The position numbers and the translations under genes were made by a program. This document shows, one piece after another, positions 12,901 to 23,500 of a DNA stretch of 64,000 nt (its first letter is position 1; each line of letters begins with the position of its first letter). Location: NCBI GenBank assembly GCA_964019335.1, contig OZ025663.1, forward strand, positions 310,001 through 374,000. The letters run 5' to 3'. The DNA comes from Diplonema japonicum. Its lineage: Eukaryota; Protista; Euglenozoa: Diplonemea. A model generated the notes under the pieces. It was not told the origin of the DNA and did not search any database. It worked only from the letters and a program-made list of their open reading frames with translations.

Positions 12901-13857
12901 AGGTAGCTTCACGATCTTCTGTTTGGAAACAGGTGTCGTGTTGCACGGGCTGAGCCTGGCGGGTATGTATATTCTTGAAACAAATAAAACACCCTCACAG
13001 ACGGCAAGGCAGGGGCTATAGGGAGCTTGCAGAGGATGAACAAGAACGACGTTGTGGCTGCAGGGACGCATTGCGGATATATCTGCGGTGTAGATTGCAG
13101 GATGCAGAGCGAAGCGTTTTGTCTGAAGGCAGCACGAGAACACGGCCCCATCACATCTATCGTGGTGGGCGATGAACACGGGCGGGAGAGCTGGGTGGTA
13201 TCGGCGACGATAAATGGGCACGTGACCTTGTGGGACCTGCGGTTTGGGATGGCTATCAGGACATGGCAGCTGAACGAACCGATCCACAAACTGTCTCTGA
13301 ACGGACCCGATCCGGTTGTTCTGATCGGGACTTCAGAGGTGCAGAGATGGAGCTTGGAGAGCCTGCGCCAGGTTGCCTCCTACAAAACCTCAAACACCGA
13401 ACCCCTTCCAGGCGCCACCGCAGAAGGGTACAGCGGAGTCGTCGATGCCGTATCAGCCCACAAAGGGCACTCCATTCGAGCAATTTGTGGGAGTCGAGAC
13501 GCGACTTGGTTCACCACAGGTGGAACAGACAGGAAAATCAGATACTGGGATTCAGAGAATATTGGGAAAAGCTATGTAGTGTCCGGAATGGACCCTGGAC
13601 AACCGCCTTATAAGTACACCTCGTCTACTGTCAGCGAGGTTAATGTGGTGAAGGAGGAATCGCAAGGAGAGGGAACCATACCGGCTCAGCATGGTCTTCG
13701 CACACCCCAGCACCAACATAAGGACTGCGTCACTGCTCTGAGCATGCTCCGGCCGTCGCAGGGTTTCTGCAGCCTGCCTGTCCTCATTTCTGCATCTCGA
13801 GACGGTTGTGTTAAACTCTGGCAGTCTGCTTCCAGTAAGCCGCCTGAAAAGAATTAA
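9938..13857 (+). CDS. VPS15: Vps15/PIK3R4, class III PI3K regulatory pseudokinase (1293 aa; intron 12963-13000)
   Basis: Myristoylation N-terminus MGNQL; kinase-like [27 protein letters not shown] and PADFSYFFDT...CTLAPERF; HEAT repeats; WD40 repeats. A 38-nt GTATGT...ACAG intron joins ORFs 9938 and 13027 in frame. Confidence 0.95.
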
Positions 13858-13898
13858 GGAAAAAAAAATGTACCATACAAAAAAAGAAAAAAAAAAAA

Positions 13899-13907
<9 letters not shown>

Positions 13908-13957
<50 letters not shown>
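13908..13957. repeat. (AG)n microsatellite
   Basis: About 25 AG units downstream of VPS15. Confidence 0.9.
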
Positions 13958-13961
<4 letters not shown>

Positions 13962-14809
13962 CCATAAATAAAAAGCCTTACAGTAAACCTTTTTCTTTCT
14001 TCTTTTTTTTTTTGTTTTTTGTTTTTTTTTTTTGTTTTTTCCAGTGGTTTCATTCAATACTGTGCACCCCCCCCCTTCCCCTCTCTCCCCCCTTTTCTTT
14101 TCATGCTGTCGATATTTCTCAGAACAACGAGAGGAAGAATATTTTAAAAAAAAAATAAAATAAAATAAAAAATACGCCCCATATCTAAAAAAAAAGCCCG
14201 TTATTGACCTTCCGTTAGGAAGACAGAAAGCTATTTCAAAACAACGGCGGGAATACACTCAAAATCGTAAACCCCCCGTTCGCCATAAATATATTGCTTA
14301 CCCTCCGAAAAATTCGAAAACAAAAACCTCTCTTGCTTCCGTGACCGTGTCAGAGTTAAGGGTTTTAGATATGGCGAAAAAAAAGAAGAAAAGAAAAAGA
14401 GTACCAACTCTTTTTTTTGGAGGTAGAGGAAGGCAAAAAAAAAACCTAGAGAAACTGTGTCGGGAACTTCTCCGGCAGAAGAAGGTTTATGATGCCTTCC
14501 CAAGGAAAAAAGGGGAGGGGGGGAAACGAGAAAAAAAGTGCAGGCATAGAAATTCTAAAAAAAAAAAAGGAAAAAAAAAAAAATACCCAACCCCCAAACG
14601 TCCCCCCCCCCCACCGCCTCTTTTTCTTAAATGAAAACACCTAGTTTCTCCCCCTCCCCCAAGACCCAACAATCTTCAGTGTGAAATAAAACCCCTTCTG
14701 TCCTCCCATCCAACTTCTATTCTTTCCTTTAGGCCCTTCGGGGGGTTTAACTTTTATATCTTTTTTTTTTTTTTTTTTAAATATATTCCATTGATTGCCA
14801 TCCATAGGA

Positions 14810-16747
14810 ATGCACCACATTGCCACTTGTGCGTTACTACTGACAATTGTGGTGCTAAGCCAATGCGGAGAGGTGGTTCTGAGGGACCCGGAGGGCGGGG
14901 TGAACGGTCTCGTTATGGGTGAAACGAAGGTCATTGTGCTCACGAACAACGGTATTGTAGTATTCCATGCGGGGAAAAGGGTGTGGGAGTATAACAAGCC
15001 TGTTATAGACGCAGACGAAGAAAGCCAGGTGGTGTGGCTGCTTTTGAAAGAAGAGGTCACTGGGTTCGATTTACGGACGCAAGAGTTTTTAGACTCCTAT
15101 CCTTACAATGCAACAACGCCGGGCAAGCTGCGCGTGGTAAACAATCGCGTGTTCGTCCACAACGTAACGACCCCACACATCCGGCTTGACGTCTTCGCGA
15201 ACACGGTGGTATTTTTTAATGACAATGTCCAGTCGCTTGACTACGACCCTGTTCACAACACGTACTGCACGTCGATACTGACCGTAACGAGGCACTGCGG
15301 TGCGGACATTTCCTTTTTTAAAAATGGTGTGTACATCATAAATGTCTCATCGATTATGTTCAACGGCAAGATCAGCACAATGGACAACCGCATCATCCCG
15401 ATTTCCAACGATACACTGATTACCTTCCAGGAAGGGGGTTACAAGGTTTGGAAGGTCGACAGCAGTAAGGGGATCTATTTTGCGAGATATCTACGAACCA
15501 AGAATTGGAACACGGTCGCTGGGGTCCCGAGAAGACCAAACCACATTTTTCTAGCTGACTCTCACGAGGTGGTGTACGCTGAGCTTTACCGCCCGACAGC
15601 AATCCCAACCGACTCGGAAGGGTTTTCTCTCTTCCACACGTCAAATGTCCAGCTTGGAATGGCGTGGGTTCTGTCCATTGTAACATGCCTTGTGTCTTCT
15701 GTGCCAACTACACAGGTTTTGCTACAAGCGTTTATTTACAAATCGTTGATCGATTTCTACCAATTACCAGAGGATGGTATTGGTGCTTCGCTTGTCGTTG
15801 ACCCGACGGGGAAGGGTATCGAATACGGGTTCATGACTCACTTTGCATGTTTGCTCCTCCTCGCGACTCTGTGCATTGTACGCCATATGCTTGTCCACCC
15901 CGTAGACGAAAAACATAGGGAAAACGATGAGGAATCCCATGTTGAGACGGAAATTAAACCCTGCTCGGCCACTGCTGCGGCGTTTTACTTTTACATGTTT
16001 CCTCTTGGGGTGTATGCTTGTTTGCGAGGCAATCTGTACGTGATTCTAGTAATGGTACCGTTAGTGTGGCCTGTAAAGTGGTTTCGAAAAGTTTCCGACG
16101 ACGCCGTCTATTTGAAACCAACACGGTTCGTCAACGGAATGGAAAACTGCGTGAAGCAATACCTGTTTGGCAGGACAACGTGGGTTTCCAGTGTGAACGA
16201 GGAGATTGGAAAAACATGGTTACCCGTGTTTAATTCGTACACGGAAGAATGCTGCGAGGTGTTTGGCGGGCATTATTTCTGTATTGATTCAATGATCACT
16301 CTTTTCGGGTCTAGCTTGTTGGGATATTTCGACGCAAGTGTTGAAGTGTACTCGATCTTGGCAGCGGTGACGATATGTTTCGGATTGTGGATCCTCTTTG
16401 CAAAACCCTATGTTTCCCCCTTTATCAACCACATTATGGTGATGTATCACATTGTAACCGCCGTGGGGCTGGCTTTCTTTGCGCACGATGTGCTCAATTT
16501 CACGCCGTGTGCTGTATTTCTGGCTCTTGGTACGTTGCTGCTCTTCGTGAAGGGGATTTTGGAGATTCTACGCGGACTGGCTATTTCCTCTTATGGTTTT
16601 CTCTTGCACACCTCGCTTTCGGAGTCGTACTATTCAGTGTCAAATCCTCTTGAGTGCTCTTCTGTTGAGACGTGGCGAAACTCGATCTTGCTGGATGATA
16701 TTACGTCGATTGTGTCTCCGGTCACTCCTTTGATGCTTGATTTGTAA
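14810..16747 (+). CDS. Signal peptide + beta-rich ectodomain + multi-pass membrane protein (645 aa), receptor/TRP-C-like architecture
   Basis: Hydrophobic signal MHHIATCALLLTIVVLSQC, about 270-aa beta-rich region, then roughly 7-8 hydrophobic segments including LFAKPYVSPFINH, which resembles the RPY...N motif of TRP-C-like/GPCR-like protist proteins. Confidence 0.7.
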   Translation: MHHIATCALLLTIVVLSQCGEVVLRDPEGGVNGLVMGETKVIVLTNNGIVVFHAGKRVWEYNKPVIDADEESQVVWLLLKEEVTGFDLRTQEFLDSYPYNATTPGKLRVVNNRVFVHNVTTPHIRLDVFANTVVFFNDNVQSLDYDPVHNTYCTSILTVTRHCGADISFFKNGVYIINVSSIMFNGKISTMDNRIIPISNDTLITFQEGGYKVWKVDSSKGIYFARYLRTKNWNTVAGVPRRPNHIFLADSHEVVYAELYRPTAIPTDSEGFSLFHTSNVQLGMAWVLSIVTCLVSSVPTTQVLLQAFIYKSLIDFYQLPEDGIGASLVVDPTGKGIEYGFMTHFACLLLLATLCIVRHMLVHPVDEKHRENDEESHVETEIKPCSATAAAFYFYMFPLGVYACLRGNLYVILVMVPLVWPVKWFRKVSDDAVYLKPTRFVNGMENCVKQYLFGRTTWVSSVNEEIGKTWLPVFNSYTEECCEVFGGHYFCIDSMITLFGSSLLGYFDASVEVYSILAAVTICFGLWILFAKPYVSPFINHIMVMYHIVTAVGLAFFAHDVLNFTPCAVFLALGTLLLFVKGILEILRGLAISSYGFLLHTSLSESYYSVSNPLECSSVETWRNSILLDDITSIVSPVTPLMLDL

Positions 16748-17442
16748 GCAGAACAGAAGAAGAAAAAAAAAAAAAAAAAAAAATACCCCCCCCTCGGAGG
16801 ATTTTTAAGATTTTTTTTGTTTACACTTTTTTTTTTTTCTTGCTTTTTTTTTTTCTTTTACACATCCCATATGAACATTAAAGCGGGGAAAAAAAAAAAG
16901 GGAGGGGGAGGTATATGATGTGCCTGTCCTGCTCCCTGTCGCTAATGTGGTTGAAAGAAGAAGGAAAAAAAAAAAAAAAAAAGAAATAAAAAAAAAGGTC
17001 TCAGCAAGTCCCCAGTTAAGTTTTGTTTTCCATCTCCTCTGGTCCTCTATCCAAAGGCCGCGTGTAAACTAGTTTCGGGGAAAATAAGATCTCAGGGTCC
17101 ATTTAGGATGTTCTCATGATTTTTCTAGATTACCAAAAAAACCACGAAAAGTTCTAAAAATGGACCCACCGAGCCAAAATGTCCCGAAAAACAGGCCTCC
17201 CCTCTCCCCCTATTTTTATTTACAGTTTTCATTTTTTAAAGCTGTGATAGAGGGTTCTTAAAAGAACCTGACTTTCCCCCCCCCCTTTTTTTTCTTCCTA
17301 TGCTCAGTGCGAAAGGACCCTATATTCACAGCCACCATGATGATGGCGTGAAAAATAGAAAGGAAAAAAAAAAAGAAAAAGAGAAATGCCCGTCTTCCCT
17401 CCCGTACTCTGCTTTATGCTTCTACACCCCTTTATGGACGTG

Positions 17443-17473
<31 letters not shown>

Positions 17474-17556
17474 GAAGGAAGGCAAGGAAAAAAAGTTTTT
17501 AATGATTCCTTCTATGCCTGCTTCTGTTTCCTGCTACTTCTCCCCTCCCTCTTCCC

Positions 17557-17647
17557 CCACTTCACTTCCGCTCGGACTTTGTTGCAATAATCTGTGAAAA
17601 GAAAGGAAAATCCTGTATTGGTGCCGAGAATTAGAACTAAGTTGTGA

Positions 17648-17688
<41 letters not shown>

Positions 17689-18717
17689 ACCATCTATATT
17701 TTGTTTTGAGAACAAAAAAAAAAAAAAAAAAAAAAGAAAAAAACAGATCCCTGTTCCCTTTATCTGGGTGGCAGGTTTGTGCAAAAAGAAAAAGAAAAAG
17801 AAAAGAAAACGAAGGGGAAAAAACAAAATAAGCGATACCATAACGAATAGTATCCCGGAAAAGGAAAAAAAAAAAAAAACCCTCTCTTTCCCTCCACCAC
17901 TAAAACCCCCTTCATATGAAAGAAGTATCCTTCTACTATTTGTTTTCCCTGCCCTCCTCTCTGTTCTGCCTCACGCCGCCCCCTTTCCCCGTGTCTCCTG
18001 GGGTGACCCGGATGAAAAATCTTTTTTTTATAGACACTAGAAAGTGCAAGGCAGCCAATCTGTCTGCGAGCTTTCCTCCCCCCCCCCCCCCCCCCTTCTC
18101 TCTCTCTCTCTCTCTCTTTTCTTCACTTTTCTTTTCGAATACCCAACAAAGATAGGGGGAAGGGGGAAAAGAAAAAGATGGGCCTTATCGACATTGAGAA
18201 GCAGCTCGCCTTCTACGGGGAGTACCACGCGAACCCCATGAACCAGTGGGTGCACATCATCTTTGTTCCGCCCATCTTGTGGACGGCGATGGTGTTCGTG
18301 GAGTGCGCTGAGCTTGAGGCCTTCGGAGTTCCGGGCTCTTGGTACGTCGCTGCTGTGTACGGGATCTTCTACATGTTGATGGACTTCGTTCCTGGGTTCG
18401 TGTGTTCTGGGATCCTGGCAGCGATGGCTGCGACGAGCGTGATGTTCGCAGAGCAGGAGAACGCCTTGAACATCGCCATCGGTGTGCACATCCTGTCGTG
18501 GGTGGTGCAGGTCGGTCTCGGGCATGGTGTCTTCGAGGGCAGGGCTCCCTCCCTCCTCGACTCCTTCTTCCAGTCCCTCATGCTGGCCCCCTTCTTCGTC
18601 TTCATGGAGTGCGTCTTCAAGCTCGGCTTCAGGAAGGAGCAGTTCGAGTCCTTGAACAACATCGTCGGGAAGCGCATCCTTGAGTACAGGAAACAGCAGG
18701 CGAAGAAGGCAAACTGA
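17557..18717 (+). repeat. ~1.16-kb duplicated block (upstream spacer + Mpo1 CDS), copy A; copy B at 27364-28523
   Basis: Near-identical sequence from CCACTTCACTTCCGCTCGG to the stop codon, including non-coding DNA. Differences are mostly homopolymer length. Confidence 0.92.
18178..18717 (+). CDS. MPO1: Mpo1/DUF962 family membrane protein (2-hydroxy fatty acid dioxygenase-like), copy 1
   Basis: QLAFYGEYHANPMNQWVHIIFVP...WVVQVGLGHGVFEGRAPSLLDSFFQSLMLAPFFVFME matches the DUF962 motifs YxxxHxxxxNxxxHxxxVP and QFxGHxxFExRxP. Confidence 0.92.
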   Translation: MGLIDIEKQLAFYGEYHANPMNQWVHIIFVPPILWTAMVFVECAELEAFGVPGSWYVAAVYGIFYMLMDFVPGFVCSGILAAMAATSVMFAEQENALNIAIGVHILSWVVQVGLGHGVFEGRAPSLLDSFFQSLMLAPFFVFMECVFKLGFRKEQFESLNNIVGKRILEYRKQQAKKAN

Positions 18718-18842
18718 CATTGACGTTAGCATTTAATCACAAAGAAAAAAGAAAAGAAAAAGAGGAAGAAGCCTTTGTCCTGCACCTCCAGAGAACGAAT
18801 AAGTGTACTTGGGTGATGGTGTTGGAGTGCCATCTTTTTTTT

Positions 18843-18882
18843 AGGGCGGCCCTTCATGAGGGGGTTTGTCCTGCACTTTGAG
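18843..18882. repeat. 40-nt dispersed element, copy 2
   Basis: 39/40 identical to 9811-9850, with the same ATC-polyT 5' context and polyT 3' context. Confidence 0.85.
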
Positions 18883-19373
18883 TTTTTTTTTTTTTTTTTT
18901 GAGGGTGAAACCTGTTCCATACGTGGGCATAGAGGGCCCAGCCTGAGTTGGACGAACAACCCATTTTGTACCATTCCTTTGGGAGTTTTTATGGTTTATT
19001 TTTTTTTGGGGGGGGGAAGGGCCTCCTTATTAGGTCTCAGGCAGTTTCTGAAAGACATTCATGTTATTGTTTCTCGTTGGACACAAAATTGCGGGTGTTT
19101 TTTCCTTCTTCTTCACTCTGGTGTCATTCTTACTGTGATTTATATCCTGGCAAGGGGCGAATCACGAGACATTTCTCGTGTGGGGTTTCTTCCTCTTTTC
19201 GGGATTGCGCCTCTCTTACCTTTTTTGCTAACGACAATATATATATTTTTTTGTTCGAACCAAAAAACAAAAAAAAAAAATTAATTTATGTGCTTTTGTT
19301 TTTGTTTACCCTGCACATAGCAGCCCACCCGCGAGGTTTCAAAAAAAAAAAAAAAAAAAAAAAAAAAAGGAAA

Positions 19374-19913
19374 ATGGGCCTTATCGATGTGGAACAGCAG
19401 CTCGCCTTCTACGGAGAGTACCACGCGAACCCCATGAACCAGTGGGTGCACATTGTGTTTGTGCCGCTCATTCTGTGGACCTCGATGGTGTTCGTGGAGT
19501 GCGCTGAGCTGGCAGCCTTTGGGGTGTCGGGCTCTTGGTACGTCGCTGCCGTGTACACTATCTTCTACGTGCTGATGGACCCTGTTATTGGAATCACCTA
19601 CTCTGCGATCCTGGCAGCGATGGCTGCGACGAGTGTGATGTTCGCAGAGCAGGAGAACGCCTTGAACATCGCCATCGGTGTGCACATTTTTTCCTGGGTG
19701 GTCCAGGTGTTCGTCGGGCATGGTGTCTTCGAGGGCAGGGCTCCCTCCCTCCTCGACTCCTTCTTCCAGTCCCTCATGCTGGCCCCCTTCTTCGTCTTCA
19801 TGGAGATCTTGTTCAAGCTCGGCTTCAGGAAGGAGCAGTTCGAGTCCTTGAACAACATCGTCGGGAAGCGCATCCTTGAGTACAGGAAACAGCAGGCGAA
19901 GAAGGCAAACTAA
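19374..19913 (+). CDS. MPO1: Mpo1/DUF962 family protein, diverged copy 2
   Basis: Same motifs and 179-aa length as copy 1. Substitutions are concentrated in the 5' two-thirds; the 3' end is near-identical. Confidence 0.92.
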   Translation: MGLIDVEQQLAFYGEYHANPMNQWVHIVFVPLILWTSMVFVECAELAAFGVSGSWYVAAVYTIFYVLMDPVIGITYSAILAAMAATSVMFAEQENALNIAIGVHIFSWVVQVFVGHGVFEGRAPSLLDSFFQSLMLAPFFVFMEILFKLGFRKEQFESLNNIVGKRILEYRKQQAKKAN

Positions 19914-20522
19914 AAAAAAAAAAAAAAAACGGAAAAACTACGGTGATCATCCGTGTGGGCTGCTTCGCCTTAGATGTCACTCTAGGCAGCGGTCTCCGCT
20001 CAGGGCCACACAGGATGCCTTCGTAGCCGCCTTTGATTTATATTTCTCATTAGTCTTCATGTGTGCCTCGATGGTTACAAGACCGCGAGGCACATCATAC
20101 AGCATCTCTCTTCTTGGTACCCTCTCTCAGGATTTGCCGTGTGTGCGCACCAATGAAACAGTACTGCACTCTTCTTCTTCTTGCAGCAGATCAAGGCAGC
20201 TTTAAGTTTGGTTTTGGAAAGATTTGAAAATAAATAAAAACTGGTTTTATTGCTCAAGTAATCAAAACAAAAATCTTTCGTAACTGCCAAAAAAAAATGT
20301 GTTGACATTTTAATCTGGACGAGCTCATATTAATCTAAATGAGTCAAACTTAAAGCTGCCCTGTTCCGTTGTTTGTACCCTTATTTTTTCTTCCTTTCTT
20401 TCTTTTTTATTTTAGTTTTCCTCCTTTTGTCTTTCTTTTCTTTTTTTCTTTTGATACCCACTCTCAAAATTTGTTTACAGAACACATACAACAAAAAAGA
20501 AGCGAGCAACGAAGGGCAGCCA

Positions 20523-23500
20523 ATGGCGACAACCAAAGAAGTTCGCCCTGCTTCAAGCATGTTTTCCACGACGATGCTCCAGTCATGGCTGGGGCAGTGG
20601 TCGACCTCGGACTCCGAGGAACAGTCGGTTTTTGAAGAAATGTGCGGGACCCACCCTGAGCTGTCGTGCCTCACGCCCGCGGAGCTTGTCCGTATGGCGG
20701 AGCTGATGAGAGGTGTGTGCTCCGAGGGGGATGTGAACCACGCGGAGGCCTCACGGATGATGAAGAGTTGGAAGGGTCTTAGGTCGCGCACCATGAACCG
20801 AAAGAGCATGTCTGCGGATTCGTCTGAGAATATAGAGGGGACGGGCAACGCCTCGATGGTGCCTAAACCCACCGAGTGCACCCTGGTGGTGGTGCCTGAG
20901 GTGACCGGCCAGGTGGCGAATACCGGGACCCCTTTGCTGCTCGAGTCTTGTGGGGTGGCGAGCGGGAAGTACGTTGAAGGCCTTCCCATGTACAAGAGGT
21001 GCGACGACGCTGTGCTTTCGCCGGTGGAGAACGGTTGGGCGATCCACTCCTCCCCCACCATCGATGCTGAGAGGCTCCTGACGAGTGTGGCTGAGCACGA
21101 GTCGTACCTGCAGCCGTGGGCCATGGGAGATTGGAGGGGGACCGACTTCAAGGGCGGGCTGCAGTCGACCCCGTGTTTGAACGCACGCGTGCAAATCGAC
21201 GGCGGGCACCTGAAGGCCGCCAAGTGGTCCGAAGAGTCGAAGAGCCGAGAAGACAACGTTCGGGTGGTGGCACCGGGTCCCCTGAAGCCCATGGACCTCA
21301 CCGTGAACAGGGCTTCCTTGTATGTGAAGTCTGTTGAGAAGGACTCCCTGTGGGAGTCTCTGGGCCTGATCAGGGGTACTCGTATCGTCCAGGTGACAAC
21401 CGAGAGAGTTATCAGAGGCACTGCTGACGAGCTTCAGAGGGCCTTGAAGGAAGCCTGCACCGACCACTTCAAGGGCTTTGCGCTCACCGTTCAGAGCCCC
21501 TGGATCTGGTTGGACGCTGCGGTCTCGCCTGACATCGATGTGTCCGAGAACGGGAGGAGCATCACCAAGAACAGGGGGGCGAAGCCGTCTATCGCTGTTT
21601 CGCCGTCTCCGGCTGGTGGGAAGGTCTGGAGGGTCCGTGTGAGTGGTGATGCGCTTGGGATGAGGGTCGGGTTGTGTGCTCGTGAAATGGACCACAAGCT
21701 GACCGAAGCGGACTCCGCCCCCAACAAGGACAGGGCCTACTGGTACATGCGACACGGCAGCCTCCGGACAGGTGGGAAGGACGTGGCGCCTACACGCGCC
21801 TTCAAGAGCGGTGACATCATCACTATCCGGCACAGTGGGAAGGCGAAGACTATCGAGTTCTTCCTGAACGGGCAGAAGCTGAGCGCCATGTTCACTGACG
21901 TGAAGGAACTGATGCTTCATCCTTGTGTGTACCTTTCTAAGAAAACCGCTACAATCAGCATCAGCCCTGGCGCTCCTGTCGAAGAGGTGCTTGAATGGAA
22001 CCCCAAGAAGCTCGGACCGCACACAAAGCTGTCTGCGGACCGCAGGACTGTGGAGAAGGCGGGCGATGCGGACAGCTCCGTGTCGACGGGCGCCATCGGT
22101 GGGAAGGTTATGGTGGGGCCGGGTCCCCATAAGTTTGCGATCAGGGTGAAGGGCAGGGGACCGTTGACCGATTCGTGCACCGTTGGTGTTGCTCCTCCCG
22201 GTGTGTTCTTGAACAAGGCCTACGAGCCGCAAACCAGCATGTTCGGTATGACAGTGAGGCCAGACGGCAACGTGTTTGGTCTGCAGTCGAGCACCATCCT
22301 GCACACGGGGCAGAGGTTGCAGGGGAGCGCGGCCATCTGGGAGTACGTGTTCACCTTCACCGTTGACCTTGGGGAGGGCACCATCATGGTGATGAGGGAC
22401 GACAGCCGTGTCGTGCACTCGTCCCTCATCCCCGATTTCCCGAAGGCGACGGGTCCCCTCGTGCCCTTCGTCACTCTCAGCAAGCCCGACATCCAGTGCA
22501 CGTTCGAACCATGCAAAGAGGAGGTGAAGCAAGGAGAGGGCAAAGTCTCCGTCATCGTTAAAGGGACCAACGTGGCGAAGAATGCTAAAAAGCCGGGGAC
22601 TCGCGGTGTCGCGGACGGCTTGTACCACAAATGGATCCCCACGTACAAGAGAGAGGACGGCGCCTACAGCATCTCATACTGGAACGGCAGGTGGTGCGTG
22701 AGCGACACCGCTGACAGGCCCGTCGCGTGGAGCTCCCCTTGCTCGCCGGATCAGCAGCTCGGAACGGAGTCCTTGAGGTGGACGAAGCTGGTGAACTACG
22801 AGCAGGTACCGAAGTACATCCGTCTGGTTGTCCCCGAGCAGCCTGGTGGGATCCTCGAGCTGCAGAAGGAGAAGAACGACGGGAGGGTCGTGTACGCCAA
22901 CCAAAGCCACAAGCTGATTTGGTCGGAGGTTCTGAAGAAGTGGATGGTGACGAAGCTGAAGCCCGAGAAGCGCACCGTTGCGTACTACATCTCTCCCTCG
23001 AAGGCGCTGTACCCGCATTGCTGTTCGTCCTGGTCGTGGGGCAACGGGACCACGTGGCTGCAGGACGACAGGATCCGCGTTGCAGCTGTTGATCAGACGC
23101 CCCTGAGGGAGGATTCGAAGCACCTCGTGTGGACGCAAAAGGAGTACGGTACCGGTTGGGAAGACGCGGCGGAGGTGAAGTTGAACCTGACGCCTTCGGC
23201 ACCGAACGTCGACATCGGGATCAGCATCAGGTTGAGCACCGCGGAACAGGGGACCGTGATCATGGACACGATGACGGCGGACGAACTGGCGGGGTGGCAC
23301 GTCGTGCGCAAGGCATCGGGCGCCTCCGTGAGGGCACCCGACCTTCGGAAAGCGCTGTTGGAGGTGTCGAGGAACGCGACCAGCGGGCTCTGCATGGACA
23401 CTGATTGGAAGACGACGGAGGAGGCCACAAAGATTGTGCGGGCGAACGCGGTGAGCCAGCTCCGCAGGATCGGTGACCTGTTGAGGAGTTTCAAGGGCGC

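Noticed and set aside
18948-19373. N-terminal extensions of Mpo1 ORFs (also 27723 and 48487) and of the ORFs at 369 and 20373
   Set aside because: Low-complexity spacer read-through from upstream, often non-ATG, starts; the four Mpo1 paralogues share the downstream ATG.
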